This document shows, piece after piece, positions 12,772-27,981 of a stretch of DNA of 64,000 bases (the first letter of the stretch is position 1; each line of letters begins with the position of its first letter). The DNA comes from Magallana gigas (taxonomy: Eukaryota). Where the stretch lies: positions 19,096,001-19,160,000 of the forward strand of contig NC_088861.1 of the NCBI RefSeq assembly GCF_963853765.1, written 5' to 3'. Under the pieces are notes generated by a model. The model was not told the DNA's origin. It was given only the letters and a program-made list of their open reading frames with translations, and did no database searches. The position numbers and the translations under genes were made by a program.

Positions 12772-15700
12772 AATCTTTTAGTCCTGGCAGGAACTCGGTG
12801 ACCCAATGCTTCATTTATTTATTTGAGAAGTACGATATCGTTTGATGTATATATAATTTATAGATTTGCTTACGTTGAGGAGTGTTGAAGTGTTTCATCT
12901 TGTCGACGTAAGGACATGCAGTGTTGATTGAACGTATCACGCCATTTTGAAGTTAATTTGTTTGTCTGGACAGATGCTGATGAATTATTTTTCATATTAT
13001 GTAGTCTTTAATTAAGAAGGTAAAACAATTCTAAAAAGACACATGTACATGCGTCATCCCTTATCAACTTGTCACTAAACTTCATGTGTTTAAGAAAGGT
13101 AATTTTTTGGGTTTAAATCTTTGATTTGGAAATACTATAATTTATTAATTGTGAAAGGATTTGAAAATGATTTACCCCCCATCCCCCCCCCCCACCCCCC
13201 ATTGCATTACAATTTTTCAAGTAAGGTGAGTTGAGAATTTTGGTTAAATAGATTCTAGATACAATGTCAAAGAGTGTTTTGATGGAAGCATAAACGCACT
13301 TTTGTTTTGTTTTTAATATATATGCAAAATAGGGGGTGTCATGTTTGTTAATGTTATAAAATCTTTGGATGAAAAAGAAATCTTTGTGTGGTTCTTTAAT
13401 ATATACCTTGAAATGGGCCATTAGATCATGCACGAAATTTAAAGTTTGAATCTAAAATTGTTTAAAATGCAACGCAATTAGGGAAAATGAAATTCGTTCA
13501 TGAAATTTGGTTTGGTTAAAAAAATAAGAAAACGTGTTACGTTAAATCGCAATGTCCAATGTGAAATGCTTTTTTAATTTCATAATAATATTATTCAAAA
13601 TGAGTCAGATAGCATTTAAGATTCAATTTTTGTTTTGATTCGACTGTATGCTGTTCTCTAGATATTGTAGAGATGTCTTCAATTCTTAAATCAAATTTTG
13701 TTTGTTTTGGAAAATATATACGTAACAATTGTTATGTAGGAAACCTTTTAAGACCTGCTTTGTATGGCGCATGATGGATATGAATCAGTCTTTTACTGTT
13801 ATATGTAAGTTTGTTACAATAGGCAATGTACAGAAAATATAAAATTTGTTATTAAGACAATTCACATTTATAATTTATTAATTTTGTTGACAAAATGTGT
13901 ATGGATGTCATTTTGTGCGTAAGAGATGGTAGACAATTCCTTCTTTCTCAAAAGAAAACGATTTCGTCTGCTTGCTTCAATATAAACATACACGTAATTT
14001 ATAAAACAAACAAACATTCTCCATCTAAAGCAACACCCATAAATAATTCACTTACTCTTATAAAACCTAATAGGTTAATAAATCAAAGAAATTCCCCCTC
14101 TGCTTCCTTGTATTTCCTGTACAAGCAGTGGACAGTGAACTCACATGCATTATATCTGCCCACAAGGAAACGAAAAATGTACGTACACATGTATGTATTA
14201 TTGTGAGATTTGATGCAGTTCGTAGGAGACTGTATCGGTGAACTGTCGTGATCCCGAGTGTACACTTCCCAGCCTCCACGTCATAAACGACACCTAATTA
14301 AATTGTATGAATAATCAAAATTAACGTATTACAAGAATCTGGTACCAGTTAAATTATGATACTGCAATATAGACCGTGATCAGCCATGCACGCTTTAAAA
14401 CGTCATCTCTGAACATTTTCCATTTTTCAGCAGCATAATTCATAGCAACTGTCATATATTTTTATGTTGCGCCTACGTGAACCAGTTTAAGCAGATATAT
14501 GACTTTTATACCTTAGGCTCTTTGTTGTAACAGTTTTGTTGCACTTCCTTTTTGGAAGTCTTGTTTTTTCTGTTTTAAAAAAATGTTCATACATACATTA
14601 ATTATTCGAGGACCCTTCTTAGTCCCATCTTCGTAATTTAATACTTAATGACTTGTCTAAGAAAATATTTAATATTTTATTTTCAAAACTCCCAAGCTGT
14701 TCCATCGTTAAGACTTTGCAAGGGAAATTTCCTGTAAATGACTTGATTGATACTTCTTCATATTACGTCATTTTATGATGCATTTATTAATTAAATCGCA
14801 CTCGTTGTTTCTTTATGCATTTAACTGAAAGATACGTTTCTTTTTAATACCTGTTATACCAAATAAGATTGTTTTGCTTTATTCATAATTAATTATATTC
14901 TGTAAGCCCTACTGCAACATCTATTTTTGTATATTTTCTCTTATATGACTAAATAACTGACGTCATGGAATGTACGTCTTTATACCAGGATCGCAACACT
15001 GAATATGAAAAGAATGTGCATTAAATTAGGCAAACAAGGATAAATCAAATAAAATAGTTGTAAATCTCAAACACATTCAATATATCAAAAGGTGAAAAAA
15101 TCTTCGACTGTTTATTTTAAAATCCATAAAATGTCTCAAGTTATATATCTCAGCGTTTCGCAATGGCTTGAAATGTCAGAATGACGGTAGACATAATCCA
15201 TTTGAAACTCATTAAGTGACTAGAAACACATGTAGTATACATGTGTATCTATAAACTATCGGCTAAAATGATTTAATACTTCCAAGGCAATTATGAAACA
15301 ATTATCATTATAAAAACATTAACATTAAATTCAATTGAATCCACTGTGTTTCATGTACAAAGACGAATTATGCAAGGAGAACTTTTTGAACTGACTTGAT
15401 TATTTGTTAATTAACATCATATTTAAGACGTGTCAGGGCAAACATGATGGTCAATTTGCTATCAATGTACTTGAACAGTCAATTCAACAAAGAGCATAAA
15501 AAACACAATAACCACATCTTGACACATTCTTACAAGACTTTATTCAGCTATGTTGGTTGAACTTTAAGTAAACCATTCACAGCAATATCGACTATATCAT
15601 TAGAATGTTAACTCATCCTTGAAAATTATTCATCAAACAACAAACTTTTGGATAACGATGCTCTTGAGAAAGTATGAATGAATGCTAGTTTAGACTGGAT

Positions 15701-18202
15701 TTAATTTGCAATTAATACCTTATAAATCTTTCCTTTAATTTGAAAAAGTCAATATAAGTTCAAAATATTGACCGCAATGTTTATCATTAATATAAATGTC
15801 TCATTCATCATTGTTTTATGATTAATGCTTCAGTGATTGACCGTGTTAGAAAGTAATACAAGATAATGTGTAATTCATGTTATTTTTTAACCTGGATAAT
15901 AATATTGTAAATGAAGGATTGTCAAAAATTATTTAAATGAATATTATTGTCTAAATGAGGAATTTGGGTATACACGTGCTGTTGCTTTGTCTAGGTTTTT
16001 CTGTTAAACAAGGAGAATTCATTTAGAAAATACAAATACAATTTCCAGGAATTGACTTTAAGTCCGAATGACCACAAAAATCTTAGGTATAATTTCAGTG
16101 AATTGCCAATAATAGATGAAGTATTGAAAGTTTATATTTTGTATATTTTGTTGGCGTTATGTTTCTATTGATACAACAAAATAGTTTTTCTTCATGTAAC
16201 GTTTAACATGGATAATGTAATTAATATAATCTAGAATATATTTTAAAAACCATCTTTCCTTTAACCGTTCAGGTAATCATATTCTTCAAAAGAACAAAGT
16301 AGATTTTGCCTTGGTAAAAAAGTTTTAATAAAACACATTTCAAAAATGTTATGTTATGCTGAGAATGCAGGCGATGCAACACCAACTAGAATGGGACCAG
16401 AAGATTGTTAGATATTAAAGTTTGTTGGTCTATTTTAAGAGATAAGGTTGTCAACCTCTAGATTAAATTGAAATTTTTGTGTCCTTTTTTACACTCTAGT
16501 TGGCAAAGAGTAAAATGTCAGAGAATTATTTGATCCTTAAAGGTGATCTCACCGCATTCAAACCACATAACATAGATTTCTTAAGTTTCATTAAAAACAG
16601 GACCAACTCTTATTACCATAATTAGGGAGTCATTCATTAATTAAGGACTATTAATATATTTTCATTAGCAGTTCAAAATCATAGATTTCTAAACTGAACC
16701 ATAACATTTTAAGTTTTTTTTTGTTTTAAAATCATAGATTTTAAAACTTAAATATGACAATCCTGATTGATAAAGTTAAGATGGTATGGGACATCGGTCG
16801 TTATTGATGTGGATCAAAGTACATTATAATCAAAACTTATTTTAAATTAAAGAAATTAAATTTTTCAAGTATTACAATAACCCCTCCCCCAACTCAAAAA
16901 ATGTTTTAACAGTTTCTAAAAAAGAAAACATCGCTCAAAACCATTAAGCAATGCTGTAAGGTAACAATTATGGTGTTAAAGCATTAAAAGAATGTACTTG
17001 ATTTTATTGTTTATTTTGATTATCACAATACGGGGGTCTCCCATACCACCTTAAGTTTGGAAATTTACGATTTGAATTTTTTTGTAACATGTTTATTTTC
17101 TGCATTATTATAAAATATCATTTTTTGTCAACCAAATTTTTCCATAAATATAATACATAAGCATTTCCAAGAGAAACACTTTTATTAATTTGCCCAACTT
17201 TGAGCTTTGTTGCTACAAGTAAATTACGCAATACAAGTAACTAAATCCAAAATCTTCCAATGAGTCCAAGTTCATTTGCAATGAAATAGAACAACATATT
17301 GCGTTAAAGGTCGTTTATTCAATGAACCCAATTTGTATTGTTAAAATTGAAAACAATAAATTAAAGAAGAAAAAAATCATTGAATAAATGACAAATTAAT
17401 TTGCAAAGGTGGGGTTAAAATCATTGCCGTTGTGCATTAAGGTAACTCCATAGTACATCCTCGTAAAATTCTCATGTTAGCTTCAGAAAAACCTTTTTTG
17501 TTAAAAGTAAAATCTTTATAGGTAGAAACTTGTTTATCTTGTTTGATTTTATTGTCAATTGTATCAGAAAAGCTAAACCTACAAACATACTTTAAAACTG
17601 ATTGTATAAGGATAAGAAAAATAAAAGCATTTAGAAGTACATATGAAAGAAAAGTTAAAAAGAGTTAATTCCCCTTAGCATAGATAAATTGTATGAAGAA
17701 TCGGAAATTTGGATAAAAGTAAGCTGCAAAAATTATCTTGAACTTAACTATGCTTCTAATTACTCTCCATATATAACATTCACATAAAATCTATAAACTA
17801 TATTGCACAAGTTTTTAAGAATTCAAACTTTTACAAAAAAAGTATGACATCACACACTGGATCTACTTTAAAAGAAAATGAAATATTGTTTGTTCTACTT
17901 TCTGAAAAATGTAACAACGCGTTTTGCTTGAATTGATTTCAAGTTAGAACTAAAAAAATATGTTTTGGGACGAAATGGTTGAGTACCCGTAGCAAGTTAT
18001 ATTCACCAAATTTCATTCTTACACTTAGAGTGATCACAATAATGTTCGAAACAAGTTTACTTCTCTGTTTTAATTCTGACAATAGTACTATAATAACATA
18101 TCCCTGTCATTTTGGGGGTGTTTACGACCAAATGAGGTTAAGATTTATGCAGCCATAAACATTGCTTCATTCCTTTTCGTATTACTATTTATATCTATCA
18201 GC

Positions 18203-18206
<4 letters not shown>

Positions 18207-18279
<73 letters not shown>
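18207..18279. repeat. (TA)n microsatellite
   Basis: Direct reading. Confidence 1.
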
Positions 18280-18289
<10 letters not shown>

Positions 18290-21200
18290 AAAGAAAGTCT
18301 CGTTGAAAGCTTTTATGGATGTATTTTTTATGTAAACGCCGTCTTCTACGTGTCTAAGACATCGTTTTAGAAAATATGTGTCACAAAGTATGGACACGAG
18401 GGCATAACATTACTTATCTGTGGGATAATCAGGCACTTTTAATTTCATAATCGGGGTTGGTTTACCGCTTAATGAGAAAAATGTCTAGTCTCGCACGAAA
18501 CTTTACTGAGTATGTATAAATTGTTCTAAAAGCATCGCTTCACAAAATCAGCCTGGCACGTTTTACGATTGATCCTGATGGTTGCAGTCACCATAACTAA
18601 GAAGTATATTCAAGAATACAATTTTGTTTCGATTTGTATGTATCTTATTTAATATGTAATTTAACAGCTTTACAGATTAAATACAATTTGCCTTTAAAAC
18701 CAAAAAATATGCATGTTTACTGCAATATAAACGGCCATATTACATACACACCTACATTGTAGCTAGGAAACGGAAAGTCAAGGCAAAATGGTTTTTGGAA
18801 CGTTACACGTTGATTTGAATAAATCAAAAAGGCACAATTTTAACACAAATTTTTTAATTTTTACAAAACACATGTTATAATGAATTTTTTAATGCTGCAT
18901 ATAATAAAGTATTATTTTATTTTTTCAAAGTTTATAAATTAAACGACCAGCCTTAAAAAATACCAGGCAATTATGTTTACATGTACATCATTGAAAAGAA
19001 ATTACTACCAGTGGTAGTTTTAAGACATCTTAAGGTATATTGAAATTATTGAAAAAATATGTTAATTATAATAAAATATATCATTTCATTGGACTTTCCA
19101 TGGTTACAATGCAGTTGTTTAATTTTCAAAAATAAGAAATCCAAGTGTTACCCCTAGATATTTTTAAGATATAGAATTGAAACCTTAACATAAGTAATGA
19201 GCAATGTTTTACTTTAAACATGCATTGTGAATTAATTTCAACAGCTGTGGAATGCTGACAAAAAAATAGTGATAGATCTTTATGCTGATCAAGAATTTTC
19301 AATGTAAAGCGTCTGATAAGGCTATACTTTCCCTGGAAAACCTTGTTAACTTATATATCACATACATTAACTTTAATACATGCTACCTCAATTGATATAT
19401 TTAAATTAAAAAAGAATAGAAGATCTTTACACAAGTGGAAAAATTTGCCCTATAAATGCCTTTATAACAAAATAGGGAGAAAAAATATCATAGCTATAAT
19501 GGCGTCTAATTAACATAGTGTTGTACAGAACAGTTGGCTGTCATTTGTTCATAGTTAAAACTAATTTGTCGTGTCAGTGAAAACAAATGTTGCCATCACG
19601 TTTTTTAGCACAGTTTTGTCCCATTCTAACTAAGTGTAGAATTAGCAGTTTAAAAAATAGAGGAATATATGTAAATAAAATGGGGGGGGGGGGATTTACT
19701 GAATTTTCTTTAGTTTTCAGTTTTTAAAACGACGTAGTTTTCAAAGAAATTAATAATCGTCCAAATGTCATACTTTTCTACTTTGAAATGTACTCATTTA
19801 AAATACATTAACATTTTAAAGAGCACAAGAACTTACCTTGAACTACTCAGCATCTCCTATTTACGATTGCATAAAATATCTAGTATAAAGTTGTGAAATA
19901 GTAACATCTTTTTTATGTTTATAAAAAAGGATACCATATTGAAGGTTATTTAAAAGAAATTAATAGTTTATGAGAATTGAGGTCTAAGATGGTATTACTT
20001 GTAAAGGAAGGAAACGTGCAATTTACATTATTTGTGCATATTTCTAAGAAGTACTTATTAAAGAAGAGTTACCATAAATTGCTGGTCAAAAGCACCAAAG
20101 AATGCAAACACAATTTAGGAAAAGCTTTACAGAAAGTAGCAAATCTATTATGAGAGGGTAGTTTTAACATAAACACTTGTTAACGAAATAATGTTATGCA
20201 GAATGCCATTATCTTACATCATATTAGCTGTCCCACCTTGTATTTTTAATTTACATTTGTTTTGCACTTGTTTCGAAACCTTGGTACTTATTTAGTCCAA
20301 TGAATCTACTAAAGGACTTATTTTCAGTAGACGATGCAATAAGATAAAACAATATATATGGTGATTAATAGTGACTTGTGTTTCAATGTGATCTTTACAT
20401 TTTTCTATTCTTCATTTTTTAAAATATCTTTTATGAATTACCAAAAATACGATGTTATTTGTAGCTATAACCAACATGTCAGAAACAAACACTCTATCAT
20501 GTTTATATCATATCGATTTTTCATATAAATGTAACATTTTCTGTACAGATACAAAATTGGGTATTTGATTTGATTAATGTAGCTTCATTCAGTATAAATT
20601 AATAGAATAAATAATAAAACGATGATGAATACACGTAATTGTTAACCTGTCACACAAAAACCGCATATTAGAACATGAAATTGTTTTAGAGGGATACCTT
20701 AATCGAAACACCTGTTTTGGGTCATCCATTACATCGTCTTGGTCCAATGATTTTATTCCAGACTGAAATGATAACTTATTTTCGTCATTTTTAACAGAGA
20801 AGATATGAATTATATTTCCGCGTTGATATTAAACCGTCTTAATTCTAAATCATGTACGCCTAAGATGTAAATTTACCCTGACAAAACGCGGAAAATGCAT
20901 ATTAAACCAAGCAATATTCGTACTTGAAATTTAATTGTTTTCTTTTGAAATGTTCTGCATCTTAGCACTAAGAGACGTTAAATTTCGCAGTCTGTTTCAT
21001 TGTTTTTTTCCTTAATGGACAGGTCTCGAGATGAATAAATGACATTCAATTAGAAAGACCATGTTCTAAAAATTGCACATATGAGTATTAATTAATTTTT
21101 TAGAAATCGAAGTACATCACAAAGGAATTAAATGAATTAAATGTTTATTCATGTAAAAGGATGACTGCTTTACATTTTAGCGCTAACTGATTTTTTAAAA

Positions 21201-22688
21201 AATCACGTAAAATCCATTTTGCAGCGTCATTGAATAAGAGTAAACGTCCCTTTTTGTTTCCTTTTCTGTGTTGTGAGAATTGCACCAAATGCTTCTACTG
21301 CTTATTGCAGATTGGAATCAAACACACACCTAAGTTTTGCAATTGTAAATATTTCTAAAAAATCTTATCATTGTTTGGTTTAAAGAAAACCAATTTAACG
21401 GAACGCAAGTTTTCTGGTAGCAGTACATATACATGTAGCAGGTAATAATATTTTTTCCTTCAACTTCAGTCCTTAAACTGACTCAAAGTCCTCAAACGAG
21501 TACATTTGAAACAATTCATGATTGTGTGTCATGCGCCCATCTTTTTTCAATAGAAGAAAAAGAACAGCGATCTAATTTTTTTTAAAAACAATTAAAATTG
21601 CATGTATTAAGGAGAAAAAAATGTGCATCTGTGTACTTTATACAAGTTTTTGCGAGGCAAATGATTTGACTATTATATTCTCAGAAATAATAAATCTTTG
21701 ATCTTTGATAATCTATTTATACTCCAAGACAATTCAACATTTTTTAATAAGTCAGACTTTTATTCGATATACATAGTATATACAAGAAAAAGGCCAGCGT
21801 TCCTTTTCAAAATGAAATACCTTTATAAATTAAGTTTTTGTATTTTGCTGTGTTTGTGAACTTTAACTAATTAAATCAAGTTACAGATTTCAAAATACAA
21901 AAATAAAAGAATGTTCTTTAACATTTCAATTACTTTTATTTTCGAGGTCACAAAAAACCTGAAAAAATAATCTATAACATAAACATAAACAAAATAAATA
22001 AAACAACTCATCAAATGTGACTGAGACATAGGACACAAAACAAGAGGGTTTTTTTGCAAAAAAGACACATAATCAACAAGTTTTTCTAAAATAATACTTC
22101 GTATTTATTTTAGAAAAAAGGGGCGAAACTCATTCCATATGGACAGGATTTCATTATCAGCTTTGCTGCTGCTTGAATAGCAAACAAAAGTTCTTAGACT
22201 GCTTCATTCTATCGTAAGAACGACCAACTGTTGAATGCAGAACGCTGTCCGCAGAACGCAGTCGAAAGTACGAAACTGACACTGTCGTAATTAGCCAGCA
22301 TCACGATAATGCCATGCAAAATAAAAACCACAATGTTAAAAGATCATATTTATGACAAGTGTTTCTGACGGGCTTGTTGGATTAGCAAGCCCGACTCGCT
22401 GACAATTCGAGTTTTTTGCTTCCTTTTTTAAAAGTAATTATGTAAAGTAGGTGGCAAGATAAACCGCCGAGAAAATTTAATTAAACTTAATAAATTTATC
22501 TTACTGAACAATATTCCGAATAGAATATAACCAAATGGATAAAATCTTTAAACAATGACAAAAAAATTTTAAACAGTCACCACTGTTCAAAACAGTACTT
22601 ATTTTCCCTTCATCTTTGCAGCCACCACAAAACAGGTTATCCACTCCAGGAGGAAATAATGGAATAAAAATTCCCATTTGCAACGATT

Positions 22689-24192
22689 TTATCCCAAGTA
22701 ATTAAAGCGTGGCGCAGAGAATGAAGGCTGTACAGACATGTTGATGGGACTAGGTTTGAAGGGTTTCGCCAGTTTAAAAACAGTCAGTCTTCTCTGAATG
22801 ATCTTGGGATTTGTTCTAACAACAGACTGCGGTTTTTTTTTTTGTTGTGGGCGCTGTGCAACATTAGGCTGAGGTCCATGTACTGTTGGTCGTTTTCCAG
22901 GCAATTGCATTTGTGTTGCCGGTTGTTGTCCTGGCAGTTGCATTTGCTTTGGCATAGTTCTAGGCTGGCCCGGAAGTTGCATGCTGGTGACCTGTCGTTG
23001 GTAAGGACTAGGTCTGGGGTTGTTTTGCGGAAACTTTCTCTGGATCATGTTCTGGATTCTGTTGTGACGAGCAGTTTGGGCGGCTGTCAGACCGGCTGGA
23101 GCCTGCATTGGCATGGGTTCCATGGCAACTGGAGAAAAGAAAGCGGAACTTGGCTTTCCGACGAGTCCATGGTGTTGGTAATAGGGCGAAGGAGAGTTGC
23201 TTGGGTCCACATACAACTGAATCAATTTGTTCTGTGACTGTGATGGTTGAGACAAAGCTGGTCCAACCTGTACAGGCGCCGCTGGTGGTGGGGTAGTCGT
23301 CGTCGTTGTTGGCATTGTGGTAGTCGTAGTAGGGGCGGGCTGGTTCAGATTCATTTCGAAAGTCTTATGCAGAGTTGCCCTTGGTGCAAGTTGCTTGCAT
23401 ATAGGATCAATGTTCATCACCATGCAGACATTCCTATCGTGTTCAACTTCCATCAAGCACACTTGTAGGTCTTTGTTTGGCATTCCAGGTCTAAAGGGGA
23501 ACTCAATGCGACATTCTGCGATGTCCCCGATGTATGATGAGACACATTCCAGTTCACAAATTGCGGGGAACTGTGCATAGACTGCAGAAAGGCAACAAGC
23601 TACGAAAATCAGAGTTTTGTCCTAAAAAAAAAAGCATAACGAGTTTGTTAAAAAATAATTATCTCAAGAATAAACTCAAAAAGTTAGATACATTGTATAT
23701 CAAATCAAAATGTGAACACGGGCATTTCTAAATATTCAAAAACACAAAAGAAAAAGGTTTCAAAACCAAAAGAGAACGTTGGATTCCAACGTTGAAATAC
23801 CACTCTTATAGAATTCTAAGGTAGGGTTTTTAGCCTCGTGATAATTTAAATGCATCTTTGTGAGGAGGCACGTTTTGTTTTGCCTGCCTAATTTAGTTTT
23901 TTTTAAAAATAGACTTGCAATATCTAATATATATTCTAAGGGTACAACGATTACTCAGATTTGCAAAAAATTTGAAAATGAGGTATTCTCTTTGAAAAAA
24001 AAGTTTGTTCATAACATGTACAGACACAAAAGTAAAACTTACTGAAAATAGGATAAGTGAAACATTTTAAAAGATGAATGTTCACTTTTTCCCAATTGTT
24101 TTACATAGTTATTAATTTTTAAACAAAAAATTTAAAAATAAAGAATAAATTGTTGTCTCTAGCAAACATTAATAAATGATACAACTTACCAT
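22689..24192 (-). CDS. Orphan secreted protein, 311 aa: signal peptide, 6-Cys domain, Thr/Pro linker, Gln/Pro/Met-rich repeats, basic tail. Coding exons 24192-24190 (ATG) and 23621-22689
   Basis: ATG|gtaagt donor joined to ttttttag|GAC acceptor gives MDKTLIFVACCLSAVYA-QFPAICELEC..., in frame with the 264-aa track ORF to TAA. Confidence 0.85.
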
Positions 24193-27052
24193 TTTGCCTT
24201 TTATAGAGCAGCCGTTTGTTAATCCTGTGAAGTGTTCACTGAAATTATGAGAAATGAAACTGAGCGCTTCTAGTTATAAGCTTGAGTTAATCATGTGACA
24301 TTAATATTCAAGGTCCGCCTAAGTCACGTCGTATTTTACACAAACGCTGGATGTTAATATACTATTTATTGTTTTCTCACCACGTATATTCAAATTTTTA
24401 TTGAAACTTTTTTTTCAGTCACTGCCCTTATTTATATTTAGAGCCGTTAAGTTTATTATTTTTTTACACAGGAAATGCTTATTCCAAATATGAGCATGAT
24501 GCTCATGTCACACACATTCCCGAAGTTTTTTTTTGTATCTTAATTTTAAATATGTATGAAGACATTTCGAGAATTATTTCCATCATCGAAATTTAATGGC
24601 TGGTAATAAAATCTTTGCAGAAATAATAAAATTATAATACTGCATACCTCGGAGACGTCAGAAGATAGTCGAATTTGGAGACAGGTTCTTATGAACATGT
24701 CAGATTCCAGCAATGATGGACGTTCTTTATGATAGGTACATGAGTTATAAATGTATAATTACATGCAGTCGGTTTTGTATCCAAATCGTAAAACTCCGGT
24801 GTAAAATTGCTATTAATATCGCTTAACATATATCAAACAGGCACCGTATTCTTGCTTTACAGACTAACAGCTAGTTAAACAATATATATTTGGTAAAACG
24901 TATGTGGTTTTTTTTAGTCATTTCTGTGCATAATTAAGCTGGACATAACAAGTTCTTCTTCGGTATGTAGGACGTTTGAATATAGAATAAGAATTTACAT
25001 GTATTACCAGTATTTCTTTAAGTTTGAATAAATGAAATTTTTGAAAAGAACTAAATACGAAATGTGCACATCATTTTTGCGTCTGGACAGAGTTTGACCC
25101 AGGGCACTACAAAACAAAGTTAACGATAAAAAGTCAAAATGATTAACAGTTTAGGGAGCAATTCTCTATTATTACAATGAATGTTGGTATTTCTACAAAA
25201 TTAAAATATATAATCTAATCACATGTTTTAAATAATCGAAAAAAAAGACATTTATGTGATTTAGAAAAAAGTAACAAATATCCTGCTTTAGTTATTCTCC
25301 AAAAACTGCACTCCTAAAGGCAGAGTTTGGCGACGGCGCTACGACATCTTAATCAATTTGTCTTAGTTTACTTAGATAATGAGTATTCTAGAATATATGA
25401 AAGGTATACATAAAGTGTTATTATCAATATTATCAATAACAGCTAACATTTGACTAAAATATTTAAACTTTTTTCACTTTTTCTTATTTTTTTTCTCCTG
25501 AAAAATATAACATTATTTAGTTTTACTGTACAATGAATTGGGTTTTCAGATTATTAAAGCTCTGGTAGATTCTTTTTGTAAAAAAAACGAATTGAATTAA
25601 TGCACGCCTGATCCATTTATAAAAATAAATCGTATGATTAAATATCACTAAAAGAACGTACATAAAAAAAACTGCACGCATAATGTTACTTAAAATCTAA
25701 AATGCAGATTGATGCTTTAAAAAACACTTCTATATAAAAGTACTTCTATATAAGACTGTAAATACAATATCAATACATGCAAACCAGTTTTTTTTATTGC
25801 TGGAGGTAAGAATTTACAACTTATCGGGCCCATTTGTTCAGAATATGGATTTTTGGACAAAAAAGATCGAACTGGACCAGGAGTTGTGCCAAGTCTGTAG
25901 GCAATGCCAAGAATCGCTCAACACAACAACATAGAGATTGTGAATACTGTCAGTAAACCGAAAAAATAACACAGCACAAAAATGGAAACATCGGCCAAAG
26001 GTAGAACTGAATATATCAAATTACCTCTGGTGTTCCAAAATTATAACTTTGAGAAACGTTTTAACGTCGAAAAAGGTAGACCGAAAAGACAACTAAATAA
26101 ATGACTTTAAATGCGTCAAACTGCAAAAAAAATATTCTCGTTATTACAAAGCTTTTAATTCTTTTAAAAATCTTAATGAACACCCTCCCCCCTCCCCGAA
26201 ATATCAGCAGGTGAATCGTAAAGATGTCATGCAAAACGCAATTCTTTTAAAAAATCTTAAAAAAACCTAAAAATTATTTGTGTCAGACTTTTGACAGACA
26301 GACAGCTTTCTGAGTAGGACGATGTCCATTTATTTAACTATTAATGTCACCTTGATTCTGCTCCTGGATTGTAAAAGATACAAACACGGGTTCAAAAATA
26401 CATCTTTGAATCTCTTTATTTCATCATGATTTCTTTATTTGAAATCTTAATTTGCATAAATAAAACACGAAACCGCCATTATTGAGTGCATTTTGCTAAC
26501 ACCTATTTAAACAAAACAAAATATCTGGTTTCGGTAGATCTTTGTTGCATAATATCTGCAAACGAAAATTATAAAAATCAAATTTTTTTTTACCAACAAT
26601 ACGTAAATGAAACATGCAACTTTTTGATATCCTTACAGTTTTCATTTCATTTGCAAAGATTTAAGTAAAAGTACAGATTTTCAAATTGTAGGTAAAGGGA
26701 AATTATGGGTTCAAGTTCCGCCTTTAAATAGATTCTTTTCACATTGGCCTGATATTTTTAGCTCATTTGCCATTAAAAAACGTAAAATGTGACACATCTT
26801 GCCTCATGCGCTTTTTTAACGTTAATCATACGTAAATCTCCGTAACGAAAACCAATAGAACCATTCAAAATTTGCTCTATTACGTAATAAACATGTTATA
26901 CAGTACGATGTTATTTGAAACATCATTATGTGTCAAAATGATATCTTATTTAAGATTATTGTAAAATCAAAACCATGTTTATAAGCATCTTAACAAATTA
27001 TTACAGTCGTAAACTACGGGTTTATTGTTTTGTACTTTGCTTTTTAACGTTT

Positions 27053-27087
<35 letters not shown>

Positions 27088-27206
27088 CGAGACTCGTTTG
27101 TAGGTTTTGATTTAAACCTTTCTCTTGTAATTTCAAAATTTAATGACAAACTTTTATACCGGTTATATGATATTTCTGAACAGAAAATGGATACAAAATA
27201 TTGACT

Positions 27207-27753
27207 CAGGGATGGTGTAATTGAAAAATAAATATTTAAAATCTAACGTAATTATTTACATTTTTCAAAGAATTTGGAAGTAATTTGTATTTAAGTCTGC
27301 CTTTGATTACAGTTTATTGAATGTATTTAAATACATTCCGAAAAAATATCATGTATTTTAATTACCTTTCAATTACATTTCAATTATTTTAGTTTCAAGG
27401 GATTCTAAAAACAATCTTGTGAATTATGGTCATTATTATTTTATATACTGATGAACTTTACCGCCCAAGTTAAACTTTAAAAAAAATTCAGAAAATTGTT
27501 CAACTTGAGCAAAATCTATATATGATGGTAAAACTGAACTCCAAATTTTAAAAACATTACCATACATAAAGCATCGTGTATCTTAATGCTCTTTTTACGT
27601 GTGTTTGTTCTCAAGAGTAGTTAATTATATTTGTTAAAGTAATTAGGAGTAATGGATTACATTTGAAAAAAATCTATGTAACTGTAATTGATAAAATTTT
27701 CAATGTATTTGAAAGTATCTAATTACATTTCAAAGTAAATTACCCTAACCCTG
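27207..27753. mobile_element. hAT-like MITE
   Basis: CAGGG...CCCTG ends; degenerate 8-bp flanks tattgact / tataaact; internal gtaatt/aattac repeats. Confidence 0.55.
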
Positions 27754-27839
27754 TATAAACTATTGATCCGAGCAACTTGTATTTATATTATTATATTACC
27801 TTAAACTAAAATTACTGGTATTAATTACTTTAAATTTAT

Positions 27840-27981
27840 ATTACTTACCCTGAACTGCAATTTCTTATGTTGAACTGCTATTACGTACCTTGAACTGTAA
27901 TTATTTTCCTTGAATGGCTATTAACTACCTTGGATTGATATTACTTACTTTGAATTGCTATTTCCTACCTTGAATTGCTAT
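27840..27981. repeat. 20-bp minisatellite, about 7 copies (consensus attacttaccttgaactgct)
   Basis: Direct reading of successive units. Confidence 0.85.

Noticed and set aside
13000-22100. Scattered exon-like patches (about 14230, 16370, 18550, 19840, 20700) and a TGACGTCA site at 14958
   Set aside because: No consistent strand, phase or protein similarity; cannot be assembled into a gene without RNA data.
22369-22392. Short hairpin gggcttg/caagccc downstream of the secreted-protein gene
   Set aside because: A 7-bp stem is expected by chance; no Helitron CTRR end follows.
22842-23731. Plus-strand ORFs overlapping the secreted-protein gene
   Set aside because: Antisense shadows of a GC-richer low-complexity coding exon.
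25830-25960. GC-richer patch with short open frames
   Set aside because: No recognisable motif or matching splice sites.
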